NCBI GenBank assembly: GCA_040285825.1
Contig: JAUPSS010000008.1
Location: 868,001-932,000, forward strand
Length of the DNA: 64,000 nt
Direction of reading: 5' to 3'
DNA from: Eukaryota sp. TZLM1-RC
Lineage: Eukaryota; Protista; Metamonada: BaSk clade
Position 1 is the first letter of the stretch; each line of letters opens with the position of its first letter. A model generated the notes under the pieces. That model saw nothing but the letters and a program-made list of their open reading frames with translations, was not told the DNA's origin and ran no database searches. This document shows, in pieces, positions 38,508 through 51,594 of the stretch. The position numbers and the translations under genes are program-made.

Positions 38508-38989
38508 TTTTTTTTATTTTTCTGTAGATAAATCAATTCATCATTTTGAATTTTATTTTCTTTGTGCTTGTTAAGAAAGTTTTCGACTGTCAATATAAAC
38601 TGTAAAAATGATTGTTCTAAACAATGCCACTGCCTCAGTGATCAAATTGTAATCAATCCTTTTTGGGACTTTTTAATTACAGCTACTTGTGTTAGCTCTT
38701 TCATTCCAATCAAAATCTCAGTCAAAACTCAATATTGTTCCGCTGTCATTATGTAGCACATAACATACATTTTACAAAACCAAACAGAATTCCAATGTGT
38801 GTTTTTGCCGTCGGACCTTACATATTTTATCTTTTATTACATTATGATTTTTGCAGTAGTTTCAACCAAAAAGACTGTTATGTTCTCATTTTTGTTTATG
38901 TGGATACGTCAGGACTCTTTGAATATTGCATTACAGGTAAAATAATTGTACTACCGGTCAAATATTTGAAATAATTGCTTAGGTGGAAA

Positions 38990-39365
38990 TTTTATTGAAC
39001 TACAGCACTCAATAAAAACATCAGAACTAATAGAACAAGTTTCATTAAACCAAGATTTTCTCCACAAAAAAATCTGATCTGTTTGTTTTCTCCTCATTGC
39101 TTCTCTTATTTGAATACAGAACCAAGGGATTCTATATATAATGGCCAATTGAATTCAAGAGCACCAAAAACAGTTTTGAAATCTCTTCATTGTATTTACG
39201 TGAACAATGATCAATTTTGCGAATACTCCTGCTTCTACTGATTAGTCTCCTGTTATTAGAAAATGGAAAGTAATTAAATCAAGTTGTCTTTTTCTATTAG
39301 TAATATCTTTCTTTATGTCTTTGTCATATATATTAGGTTTCATTTTGATTTCAAGAGCATCTATC
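38990..39365 (-). mobile_element. Old degraded family B non-LTR 3' fragment
   Basis: YDKDIKK..NRK, IREAMRRKQTDQIF similarity to family B. Confidence 0.7.
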
Positions 39366-39369
39366 AAGA

Positions 39370-42300
39370 GATAATATATGCAGCTCAGCTGTTTTAAATC
39401 AAGGTCTTCACTCATTGTTATTGGAAAAGGGTGTTTGTGAAAACAAGTCGTCAGATTCTTCACTTTTTGTAACCATTGTACCACGAAAATTTGGATTGTG
39501 TGCCACTAATGAAGCATTTGTAACAAAAATGAGATTATATTTGAACATCCCCATTAATCAATTATTATCAAAAGAAAAATGTATTTGTTCGAATTCACCT
39601 CTGTTGCTAGTTCACGTGAAAAGAGGATAAGATACTTTATTATACTAGCACCTAACATTTCAGTAAGTGCCACGTCATTATGAATTAAAACTAAATCTAG
39701 ATTACATTGACTCTCTCTTCTTTTTCTTCATGGTTCTCTTCTTTCTCTCTCGAGGGGGAATGGTGATACCGTGAGTTGTAACATAGTCTCGGAGGTGAGA
39801 GTTTATCTTGCTGCCATCACGGAGAGAGGAGAGCGGTTGCCAAGAAATAGGACCGTGGGAAAATTTAACCAGATACCATTGGTCATTGGTGTGGTCGAGG
39901 ATATCTTCAACGATGAATTCGTCAAAATCTGAGGCAGCTAATCGACGAGCTGAGTTGTTCAAAACGTTGGGAAGAAAAGGTATGAGATCATGGGTAGAGG
40001 CTGTCATGGTCTGGTCGAATATGATGGACTTGAGGTTAAAAGAAGAGTTTGAACGTTTTGAGGTGATTTGATATGGACCCAAGAACTTAAACAACATATT
40101 GGGAGCTCTATTCTTTAATAAAACCAGGTCATCTGATGCAAAACTGTGTTCGAGGGTTTCGGTGGAAGTGTGAGAGTGTTGTTGGGTGTCAGCATCGGAC
40201 CAGATCTGCTTAAGGGTGCTAGTTAGGTTGGAGATTTAGTCATTAGCGTGGCGTTTGGACCTAGAAGTGCCTGAGAGGTTATCATTGGAGGGTGTTAGCA
40301 AGAGGTCTAAAAGATTTCGTCTTGGTCTTGTATCGTGTCCGAACAGAAGGTGAAATGGTGAATATTTTCCCGTGGCAGTGCTTGGAGATGAGTTCAGTAT
40401 GAGTTGTATCAATGGGAGTTTGCTGGACCAGTCCCTATGATTATTAGATTCGGTAGCCAGTTTTCTGATTAAACTCAATACTTTTTGATTTCTACGTTCA
40501 ACTAGGCCATTTGATGGGGAATGGTGTGGAATGGTAATAGTGCTCGTGATGTTTAGTTTGCTTAGAAGTGCCTTCATAATGTCGTTGGCAAACTCTTTGC
40601 CTCCGTTATGACGTATGTTCATGGGGATGCCAAATATGGAAAAGATTCGATAGACTAGGGTATTGGCGGTGGCTTCAGCCGAGATGAACGTTATGGGTTT
40701 GAGGAGGGTGAATCTAGTGAATGCATCGGTCATCACAAGAATGTACCTGTTGTTCACATTGTTCTTAGGTAGGGGACATATGACGTCTAAATGCAAGCTT
40801 TCGAATGGTAAAGAGGAGTAGAAGCTGCCAGTGTGAGCTGGTTTCGTCTTTGAAGTTTTTGCGGATTTTAGACAAACACCGCAATGTTGAATAAACAACT
40901 TCACGTCCTTTTGAATGTCGGGCCAGGTTAAACCAAGTGACTCGAGGTATTCGATAGTACGATCAGGTCCAAGGTGACCACTGCAACCTTGATCCGCAGC
41001 GGTCAGAAAATTCTCTATGACTTCTTTCGAAAAGATCTTTGGGGTAAGCTTCTCAACTGTCGTTGATAGAACTTTTATCTTTTGAAAAGATCAGTCCTTG
41101 ATAACATGTCAGCAATGAAGTTGGATTCTCCAGGGGTGTGAACGATCCTGAAATCGAATTGCGCTAGGACTGGTTTCCATCGAGCGACTAATGGGGAATC
41201 TGTTGTTTCAAAGTAGACCAGGTTCTTGTGATCCGTGTAGATCAGAAGAGGTCTTCCTAAAAGGAAGTTGGAGAGAGGGGAGTATGAAAGAGTAGCAACT
41301 ATGGCATATAATTCTTTTTTGTTGGTAGACCACCATTGTTGAGCTTTGCTCAGAGTTCTAGAGAAGGAACTCAAAGGAGTGAGCTTTCGCTGTTCGAGGG
41401 GTATTGCGTCGTTGGGGTTATCGGAAAGGTCAGCCCAGATTGCACCGCCTATACCAACGTCGGAGGCATCGGTGGTGATCACAATTTGCTGGTTGTCCTC
41501 AGGTAGAGTTAGGGGTACGGCGTTCTCGATTGCTGTTTTGATTTCTGAATACTGCGCTCTTCCACTGGTGAAATTTTGAACTTCTGTCTTTTTTGGAGCA
41601 ATTTGTATAAGGGGGCAGACAAAGAAGCATGATTGGGAATCAAATCTCTTACGTAGATTGCAGATCCCAGAAAAGCACGTAACTGTTTTTGGTATTTGGG
41701 AAGAGGGAGTGGGGTAATAGCTGATGTTCTAGAAGGGGAGATATGTCGTTTGCCATCGTGAAAGTCGCTTTCAAGTATGGTAATTGAGCAAGAGTCGTCG
41801 GAGATTACAGTCTTGGGACCAGAAAGCCGAGCCCTAATATTCCGAGCCCTGGGAAGGGTGCGGTCTAGGTTGGTCAAAAATTCTTCAAAAGTTCCAGCTA
41901 ACACGATGAGATCATCAATATAGATGTCAGAATAGGGGGTCTTGAACACTGCGTTCATTCGATTTTGGAAGTATCCAGACACGTTCTTCAAACCGAATAC
42001 AGCCCGTGAATACTGAATGAACAGTGATCACTGTTGCTAGTTCACGTGGAAAGAGGATAAGATACTTTATTATACTAGCACCTAACATTTCAGTAAGTGC
42101 CACGTCATTATGAATTAAAACTAAATCTAGATTACACCTCAACTCACTTTGCGCCATGCTCTGAATTGCTCTATATTGATAACTTATCGTTCTTCATTAC
42201 ATGATGCTGTTAGAGACACTGTTTTCAATATGGCACAAACTGCAAGAATATCCTGTATCAAAGAGCCCCTGCTGAAAGAAACACTTTCTCTGAATAATTT

Positions 42301-42810
42301 TGGTTCTGATGATAGAGGTGATGTATACTGTGATTGGATTGATAATTCTGAAGCTTTTTGTTGACTTTGTCTCATGTAATGTTGCAAATGATACTTTGGT
42401 TCACAGAAGAAAACTTAATCCTGTGGCTGCTCTGGATTTTAAAGCAAAAGAGAAACATAGAAAATATGATAAAGATATTGAAGAGGCTAATTCCGATAGA
42501 AATACACAGCTGGTTTGTATTGCTTTCCCATTTTCGATAAATGGAAGATTATCAGATGAAGCAGAAACTTTTTTGAATGACTTCCAAAAAATGGTGCAAG
42601 AAAAAACAATGAAAAGATTTGATATTTTTTTATGGCGTTCACGGATTCAATTTGCCATTATTAATAGATTACCACGGTTTTTCAATCGAATAAGAGAAGC
42701 TTTAGCTAGACAGCAAGCAGATAAAGATTTTGTAGAGAAAATCTTGGTTCAATGATAGTCGTCCCATTAGTTATGAGTTATTTTAATTAAGTGTGCAAAT
42801 TAAATAAACA
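39370..42810 (+). mobile_element. Family B non-LTR copy split by LTR element family 3
   Basis: 39370-39601 and 42137-42810 join seamlessly to match 49430-50330. Confidence 0.9.
39602..42136 (-). mobile_element. Internally deleted Ty3/Gypsy chromodomain element, family 3
   Basis: 105-bp LTRs at 39602-39706 and 42032-42136 (one mismatch), TSD CCTC; RT C-half (FGLKNV, YIDD), RNase H (TDASD), integrase, chromodomain EFIVEDILDH..YLVKF..SWQP; gag and protease missing. Confidence 0.93.
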
Positions 42811-43049
42811 AAAAGAGCATCTACAATATTTTTTAAATGACTTTGAAAACCAGCACGATTAAGTTATCTTCTTTAAACCAAAATTCCAATTGCAACATTG
42901 CAGGAGATCAAATCAACAACAACTTCATAATCATCAATCCAATCACAAAGAAAACCATCAGTATCATCTGAAACAAACTTGCACTGTTACGACATAACAA
43001 AAAATTTCAATTTGATAAGGCATCTTTTTTGACCAAAATTGTAATTTTA

Positions 43050-45510
43050 TTCAAAACTTATAAATCAACATCTAAAAAATCCATCTCTCTCAAAACAAAA
43101 ACACCAGATGCAACTCTCTCATAGTGAGATCCAAGAGAAAGCAAAGCATCAGAAACCATCTTCAACATCCCCTTAAAAATAGAAAACACAATTCTATTTT
43201 GCCAAAACAATCTGTTGAAAATTCTGCCAGTTCTTCTCTTTACAATCATTTCAAAATCTTCCAAAAAACATAAAGCAGTTGGTGCAAGTGAACCAAAAAG
43301 GGAAAAACCAAATGGATACAAATTGTATTTTGCATGCTGTAGACTGGCCAATTTGGACAAAGGTTCATTGTATTTTTTGAATTTGAAATTTTCAGCATTT
43401 GAAAGAGGATTATCAATTTCAGCATTAACAAGCCTTTCATTTGAGGCATTACAAGGATCAACAGACATTACAATAAAGTGAAGCTTCCATCTAATCCAGG
43501 TAATATAACATCACCTCTATTATTCTTATGAAAATCATCTTCAGCATCAAACAGATTTGACAACAGAGGTTCCAAGAAGGATTCAATTCTATGAGATTTA
43601 CACATACAATATAACTGGTCTCTTACAGCATCATGAATCTTGCTTCTAAAAGTAATAAAATGTTTACAATTTAACAAATGAGTAATTGTAATTTCTCGAG
43701 AACATTTACAAATTAAATTATGAGGTAAATTATCAGGCCAGATAAAGGAACGAAATCTCATATTCAGAGTCCAAGCAGAATCGGTTAAGAGAGCACCATA
43801 AACTTGGGGAATTGTTGTTACTAAGGCAGAAGAAGTACTGTCACACATATCTTGTAAAAGATTTGCAAAAGCGGGATTCTTTTTCTTGGCCAAGCCAAGT
43901 CTAACATCAAAATACAAGCTTTCAAAAACCGTTGACAATTTTTGTTGAAGCTTTTTACAGCAAAACTGTAAATTAAAAAGAGATCGGTTTGGAATTTCTT
44001 GAATTGATTGAGGAAAACATTTGGTCCATTTGTGGCGGCAATTTTTCAAGTTCACAAGATAACTCATACAAATAAGGACTGCAATTGGGAACTAACAGAT
44101 GAGAATCATCAGGAAATCTACGAGAAAATTCATAAATAAAATTGTTGCCACCACCCAAGAATGCTGATTGACACAAAATTGAAGATTTAGTAAATCCAAT
44201 ACCACCCAAATTTGCTGAAGAAAATAAGTGACTTTTCAACATTCCTGGTTCTACATCCAATAAATCAGCAAAAAATTCTGTTCTCAATGAATAAAAAGAA
44301 CGACAAAAATCTAATGCTATGGAAGGAGCACAAGATCTCAAAATTTGGGTTATTCCCCCAGTGTAGCAAATTTTAAGCATGAAAAAATTTAATTTGTTTT
44401 TCTATATCTAAAGAAGAAATTGAATCAAGTTCAGTTTTCATTTTTTCCAAAATAACTTGCAATTCATTCTGAATTTGAGGCACGTTTCCTAACCAACAAC
44501 CAAGGAACTTAACAGCATCACTACTATAATTAGTAAAAGGGACAATAGAATCGTTTATCACAAGATCTTGAGCAGAAGAGCCAATCAGAAGGCATTTGCT
44601 CGCATTAAGATAAAGCCCAATATTTTCATATGGATCGGCAATTTCTTGAGCAACCAATTCTAGTAAATCAAATGAACCAATCAAGGATATATCATCCATA
44701 TGAGCCACTAATTTTAAAGAAGGGTATTTTTGCTTAATGATATTTAAAGCTTTGTGAATAGCTAAACAAAACAATAATGGGCCTAAAGGATCTCCTTGCT
44801 TCACTTCAGAAGACGATTTAAGACCAAATGAATTATAAATTAAATCTGATTCTTTCCCATAAAAATGGTAGAAAAAACTCGATAGCTCAGGAAAATCAGA
44901 TTTAATAACTTCAAAAATTGCTTCTGGCTTTACAGAATTAAAAGCATTTTTAAAGTCAAGATTAAAAATAAAGTTATTTTCCTCTGCATTAAAAAAAGTA
45001 TCAGAGGCAATAGCAGCAACAGATGCACCATCAATTGTTTTGATGCCAATTGATGAGGATTCAAAAATGTAGAAGCTTTGTCTTTGACACAATCGAAGAC
45101 AATTGATGCCAGCAAACGAGAAAGAGATTCACCAACAGCAATTGGGCGTATTCCATCAGGTTTAATTCCATTACCAGGCTTTACTAAAGCAATCAGACGT
45201 GCAGCAAGTAATTCAAAAGGAGGATTAATTTTCAAAACAATTAATTGTTGAAAATAATGGGCTAGATCATCAGCAATTTCGGGAGCACTGGAACACGCTA
45301 TTTTTAACATATCAAAAGAAATTCCAGATGGGCCTGCTGCTTTCCCTTTTGGTAATTTTTGAATAGCTTTAAGAACTTCGATTGCGGTAATAGCATTTTC
45401 AATCCAAAAAGAACACACATCAGGCTGGCTGCACTTGAAATTTTTTTGAGGATGCAACTTTTGAAGTTTTTCAAGGGTATCAGCATAAAATTTGATAAGG
45501 CATCACGCAT
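43050..45510 (-). mobile_element. CRE-like RLE non-LTR retrotransposon family A, longest copy (frameshifted)
   Basis: KAAGPSG, GIRPIAVGE, DFKNAFNS, QGDPLGP, HMDD, GGIG, CKC..HLLNC..HD, RGD, KFKKY. Confidence 0.92.
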
Positions 45511-45849
45511 GAAAAAATGTCATGCCTGAATGGACGTAACACTGTAAACTTGTTCAATGGTAGCGTTTCTTTCAGCAAAGGCTCTTTGATGCACGCAATC
45601 CTTGCGTTTCGTGCCATAGTAACAACAGTGTTTTTGACGGCATAATGACGCTTCTACATCAAAAAAGTTAATTACTAAAGACTCAGAAAATTTTAAAGTC
45701 ATTCAGCTTTAAAGCACACGAAAGACATAAATCAAAATGAAAATGAGTTTCAAGGATTCTAAAGGGTAATCATTCACAAAAATAGGACATGCGTTTTCCA
45801 GTTGTTTATTGAAGATTTGCCTACCACATTAGAAGTTAATGAGCAGAAT

Positions 45850-47455
45850 AAACCGTTATTTGCGTTGTTAATGTTACGATTGGAAACGACGAGTGTACGA
45901 TTAGAGGACGAGGAGCGAGTATTGAGCAAAGACTTGGAGAAGACTTTTTATACAGCAATATTTCGAACGGTGGAAATCAGTTCAATAATGATGTCATTAC
46001 CGGATCATTTAGCCTGGCACTAGTCATCATCCTGACTGAGGACCTTCTGATTTACATGCTCTTTGGTATCAGCAGCAGCTACCCAGAAATGATATTCATC
46101 ATCAGGGGGGAGTCTTCATTAACAAAAGTGGACTGATTACAGCTGGCTTTGACCACTATACCTGTACACACATTTTGAATATTGGCTGTGGAGGTCAACG
46201 GGGTGTCAACTACGAGGAATGGACCTTTTAGTTACCACGCCGTTTAACATCGGTTGATGGAGCGGGCTTGACCAGTTGACTTGGAAAGAAAAAGTTGGCT
46301 TCAGGTGAGTTCTTTTTAGAAGGATCTTTGGAAGCTTGACGGCGCTCAGCCTCTTCCTGCTTCCTTTTCAATCTTGCAAATTTAGCTCGAGTCTCAGTGT
46401 TTTATGACGACTCAGAGGTTGACCTTTCAAGGGTCTTAAAAATTTTCCCTGTGTCTGACCTGGTGCGAGTTTCTGAACCACACATGAACTCATATGGTGA
46501 GTGTCCTGTGATCGAACCCTTTGATGAGTTGATCAGCAGTTGTATATATGAAATGTACTCAGACCATGCATCGTAGGCGTTAAAGATTACGAGGAGGATC
46601 CTCGAATTTTGCAGAACGTCGCGGTGACGGCGTTCGACAAAACCGTTGGGTTGAGAAAAGTGAGCGACGGACTTTGAAATCTCAATACCCATGAACTGAC
46701 ACAGATTGTCAAAGACTGCTTTGAAGAGCTCAAAAGCGTGGTCACTATTGACTATAAACGGGATCCCAAAAAAGCACAAACTTCCCATATGAAAGCGTCA
46801 GTGGTAAAGTTGGCGTTGATTTCCTTCAGAGGTGTAATGATAGTGAACCTCGTGGAGCTGTCTACAAATACTAGAATGTAATTATGGCCGTTTTGATCTT
46901 CGGGGAGAGGACCAATAACATCGTCGTTTACTATGGCGAATGGTCAGTCAAACTACAACGAACCACTAATTTAAACATGCAGTTTGAAAAACTGCTGATG
47001 TTTTCTGACAAGACGGGCATTCTTTGATGTGCTTGGTCATATCAGAGATTATGTTGGGCCACCAGTAATCGCTGTTTTTGAGTCTGAAAAGACTTTCAGC
47101 TTTGCTGGAATGACCACATTGCGGGAGTCCATGTAGGAGGTTAAGCGTTTGCTTAACCAGTGATTCGCGAAACACGATATTGTGTTCTGGAGTTAGATAT
47201 AAATCTAGACGACTGTCCAGAGTACTGTTGTTGAATGAGGTGTCCTGTGAAGCAATTGCTCGCTTTTGTTCGAACCTGTCTTGGAGGACGAGGACCTTCT
47301 CGAATGTATGAAGGTTTTCAATGAGGAATCTCTCGGATTCGGTTTCATCAATCCTATCTGTGTAATATATTGAATGAAACTGTTGGTCGTTTGAATGGAC
47401 CAAATGGCTGACGGGAGTGTTGTCTTGGGGCGGTACTATCCTAGATAGCATGTCT
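45850..47455 (-). mobile_element. Decayed Gypsy integrase region, family 4
   Basis: HG..CGH..WWP..CPSCQK, FGIP..SD, NGFVERRHR motifs; no LTR recognised. Confidence 0.85.
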
Positions 47456-47599
47456 ACCCAATGCTTCTCTTTATCTTTTGTGTAAACGATATCACATAAG
47501 AACTCAGAAATAATGGGAGGCCACTTTTGACTAATTTGGACAGTTCTGCTGAGAGTTGGTTAGCAATTAGGTGAAAAAGCTGTTTGGTAAAATTAGTAG

Positions 47600-47850
47600 A
47601 AACATTAGAAAGTACATCCAACAAGAGGAAAAGCTCTTTTTCTTTTTTCAAAGCTCTTGGAAAAGAATAAATTGGGCAACTACAAGGTTCGACAAGTAGT
47701 TCGGGTTTGGGGCAGTGCAACCAATGCCAAACATCCTGGAATCAAGATGCCAATTCTGCTCTAAATATTCTGATGTTGGCTGAAGACATTCTAGATGGAA
47801 GAGAGAGATCAAAGCTGTTCAAGAGCCCACAGTCTCAAACCAATGTTATT
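47600..47850 (+). pseudogene. Fanzor C-terminal relic (third family)
   Basis: QCNQCQTSWNQDANSALNILMLA..GRERSKLF: zinc finger plus RuvC-III. Confidence 0.7.
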
Positions 47851-47979
47851 GAACCCACTGATACATTACTGAACGATGTTGCAAAGGGTTCTGAAGATGA
47901 TGGTATACCACTGAATTTAATTCAACAACGAGTAGTAAAAGCGAAAGATGAGAAACAATGTGTAGTTTTGAAGTAACTT

Positions 47980-48445
47980 AAGCTCTGAAGCTGTTGTTGA
48001 GTTTGTCTCCTGTAATGTTGCAAATAACATTTTGGTTCAAAGAATAAAACTTAATCCTGTAGGTGCTCTTGAATTTAAAGCTAAGGAACAACATAGAAAA
48101 TATGACAAAGATATCGAAGAAGCTAATGCTGATGGAAATAGACCACTTATTTTTATTGCTTTTCCATTTTCAATCAACGGAAGACTATCAATAGAAGCAG
48201 GAACTTTTTTGAATGATTTCCAAAAAATGGTTCAAGAAAAAACAATGAAAAGATTTGATATCTTTTTATGGCGCTCTTGAATTCAATTTGCCATTATAAA
48301 TAGATTACCTCGGTTTTTCAATCGAATTAGAGAACCTTTAGCGAGACAGCAAGCAGATCAAGATTTTGTAGAGGAAATTTTGGTTCAATGAATTTCGTCC
48401 CATCAGTTATGATTTTATCTTGTCAAGTGTGTTAGTTTAATATAA
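47980..48445 (+). mobile_element. Family B non-LTR 3' fragment
   Basis: Matches the family B end and tail. Confidence 0.88.
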
Positions 48446-48452
48446 GTTAAAT

Positions 48453-48555
48453 TACTGAGAATTTCACTTATCATGCATTCCCCTGTGAAATTCACTTCTG
48501 TTTTCAACTTTCTCAATGTCTACTCACAGGCCGTAAGAGACATGTAGCATCATTT
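48453..48555. repeat. About 100-bp dispersed structured repeat, copy 1
   Basis: Collinear with 52442-52544; contains an inverted repeat. Confidence 0.8.
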
Positions 48556-48899
48556 GACAAAAACAATCATGATCTTCATCAATGGACTACCTCACTTAAA
48601 TACACCTACTGCTTTCACAGAACAAAGCCTTGCGACTTGATGTATCTAAGTGGACCTACCAAATGCTACTAAGGTATTTGTAGAACGGTCTCAAAAGTTT
48701 TTCAAAAAATCAAAAATCAAATAAAAAAATCAAAATAAAATATCAGTTTTTCCAAAGTTTTTGCATATGGGAAAACAAAGTGAGTAAGTATTGTGAAAAT
48801 TTAAGATTAAAGAGAAAAAGCTCACCAATTTTCTTTGATGATTTTATCATGTGATTTTATCATGTGAAGACAGTAGAGAAGCAGTGGCAGGAAATCTCT

Positions 48900-50332
48900 G
48901 AAGGAGATTCAAGATAAACTTACATGTATTAAATAAAATACACGTCAAATTTACCATTATAAGACTGTGTTTTAGTTCCAATTTTAATCATATATTTCGA
49001 TCTACAAATCCTCTCGTCACTAGACCTTTGGCTCAGCAGTTTAATGAGTTACGTGCAAAAGTTCTGTCTCAATTACTGGGATGTAAAATGTTTCAAATTC
49101 CAGATCATGCTTACCTTAGTCCACATTATGGCGGTTTAGGGTGTACGAAGGCTTCTATTCTTACCTCGTGTGCTTTTGTTGGTGGATGCAGAAATGCAAT
49201 CTTTGAGTTTTCCGAAAGATTTGCAGATTGGGAAGATTTATTGATGACAACGCAAAGTTCCACTGTTTTTGCATTAAATGAAGAAATTCCAAAAATTGAT
49301 GTAGAAAAATGGGGTCGATGTTGTCCCCAATCATTCAATGGCAATATTCCAGAAAAAAATGTTTTAAATTTGAAGTACACTCTTCGAACATTACAGAAAC
49401 GATTGACTGGAATGTATGAAAATAATCTTTATAATGATATATGCAGCTCGGTTGTTTTCAATCAAGATCTTCACTTATTGTTATTGGAATCGGGTGTTTG
49501 TGAAAACAAGTCATCAGATTCTTCACTTTTTGTAACCATTGTACCACGAAGATTTGGATTGTGTGCCACTAATGAAGCATTTGTAACAAAAATGAGTTTA
49601 TATTTGAATATCCCCATTAATCAATTATTATCAAAAGAAAAATGTATTTGTTCGAATTCACCTCAACTCACTTTGCGCCATGCTCTGAATTGCTCTAAAT
49701 TGATAACTTATCATTCTTCATTACATGATGCTGTTAGAGACACTGTTTTCAATATGGCACAAACTGTAAGGATATCGTGTATCAAAGAGCCCCTGCTGAA
49801 GGAAACACTTTCTCTGAATAATTTTGGTTCTGATGATAGAGGTGATGTATACTGTGATTGGATTGATAATTCTGAAGCTATTGTTGACTTTGTCTCATGT
49901 AATGTTGCAAATGATACTTTGGTTCACAGAAGAAAACTTTATCCTGTGGCTGCTCTGGATTTTAAAGCAAAAGAGAAACATAGAAAATATGATAAAGATA
50001 TTGAAGAGGCTAATGTTGATAGAAATACACAGCTGGTTTTTACTGCTTTCCCATTTTCGATAAATGGAAGATTATCAGTTGAAGCAGAAACTTTTTTGAA
50101 TGACTTCCAAAAAATGGTGCAAGAAAAAACAATGAAAAGATTTGATATTTTTTTATGGCGTTCACGGATTCAATTTGCCATTATTAATAGATTACCACGG
50201 TTTTTGAATCGAATAAGAGAAGCATTAGCTAGACAGCAAGCAGATCAAGATTTTGTAGAGGAAATCTTGGTTCAATGATAGTCGTCCCATTAGTTATGAG
50301 TTAATTTAATTAAGTGTGCAAATTCAATAAAT
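48900..50332 (+). mobile_element. CRE-like non-LTR family B, longest copy (RT thumb, zinc finger, RLE)
   Basis: 416-aa ORF: LSPHYGGLG, CIC..HALNC..HDAVRD, RGD, K.RKY. Confidence 0.92.
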
Positions 50333-50889
50333 ACATCCTTAGATAAAAAGAATCTTTCTCTTGAATTATTCAGATTAAAATTGATGTAGTGTTTGAGAAC
50401 AGAATCAACAACTACTTCTTCGTAAAAGCTAATCAAGTTTTAAATAGACTTTCACAACGAGCTTCCCTACAACCTCTATTAAATGCTCATGATTTAAGAA
50501 TTCTTCCAAGGGACCGATTTGTTCTATCAGATTCAGATTTGTTAAAGGTTTTGTCTAGTGGTTATGTTTTGTCAATCTTACATAAATTAACTGTGTAAAT
50601 GTATTGTAAATGTATGTAAATGTGTTACACAAATGTTGACTCTTTCAGTTGGTCCAACGTGTATGTAGATAATCTACATACAAGAATTAGAATGGACATT
50701 AAGATTTCAAAGGTCAAAGGCATCTCAATAAGTCAATAAAATAAAATAAAATAAAATAAGTCAATAAGGATGGGTGTTCAACCTAAAATTCAACCAAAAT
50801 TAAAAAAAAGTAACTTAAACTGTCATCTTCTACATTTTTAGCAATCTCAGCGAGTTACTTTCTATTTGACATTAGTGTGTTTTTAGCCA

Positions 50890-51513
50890 ATGTCTTCTTC
50901 ATATAAACTTGTGCTACTCGGTGAGGGTAGATCAGGCAAAACTAGTTTGACTGTTCGTTTTGTCAATGGAAGCTTCAATGATGGACAACCTTCAACCATC
51001 CAAGCCACCTATCTCTCCAAACGCATAGAGCTCAACAGTACACCAGTCACTCTTGCTATATGGGACACTGCGGGACAAGAACGTTTCCATGCATTAGGAC
51101 CAATCTATTATCGTGATGCAGATGGAGCTCTTCTCGTCTTTGATATTACAGATTTAGACTCGTTTGAAAAGGCGAAGAAATGGGTAAAAGAACTACGTCA
51201 ATTCGTTGGAAGCATACCAATAACCATTGCTGGTAACAAAAAGGACTTAGAACGTTCTCGAGCTGTGGAAGAAAGCACTGCCAAAGACTTTGCTGAATCA
51301 GTCAAGGCGGTCTACATTGAGACCAGTGCCAAAACTGGCGAAAACGTTGAGGATGCTTTTAGGTCGTTAGCCGAGAAGATGGTAGCTCAATCCGAAGCTC
51401 CCTCTACTTCCTCCTCATCAACATCAACTTCCAATGCAGCTCGTAGAAACAAAAACACTATTACTATTTCATACGATACACCTGCCCCTCAGTCCTCTGG
51501 TTGTTCATGTTAG
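50890..51513 (+). CDS. RAB21: Rab21 GTPase
   Basis: GEGRSGKTS, STIQA, WDTAGQERFHALGPIYYRD, NKKD, ETSAK, CSC terminus. Confidence 0.93.
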   Translation: MSSSYKLVLLGEGRSGKTSLTVRFVNGSFNDGQPSTIQATYLSKRIELNSTPVTLAIWDTAGQERFHALGPIYYRDADGALLVFDITDLDSFEKAKKWVKELRQFVGSIPITIAGNKKDLERSRAVEESTAKDFAESVKAVYIETSAKTGENVEDAFRSLAEKMVAQSEAPSTSSSSTSTSNAARRNKNTITISYDTPAPQSSGCSC

Positions 51514-51594
51514 TCATAAGCTTATTTTGTTTGTTATTGTATCTTTTGTGTTTATAAAGTTTATTAAATATGCTGCTCATTTACACTCCACATC

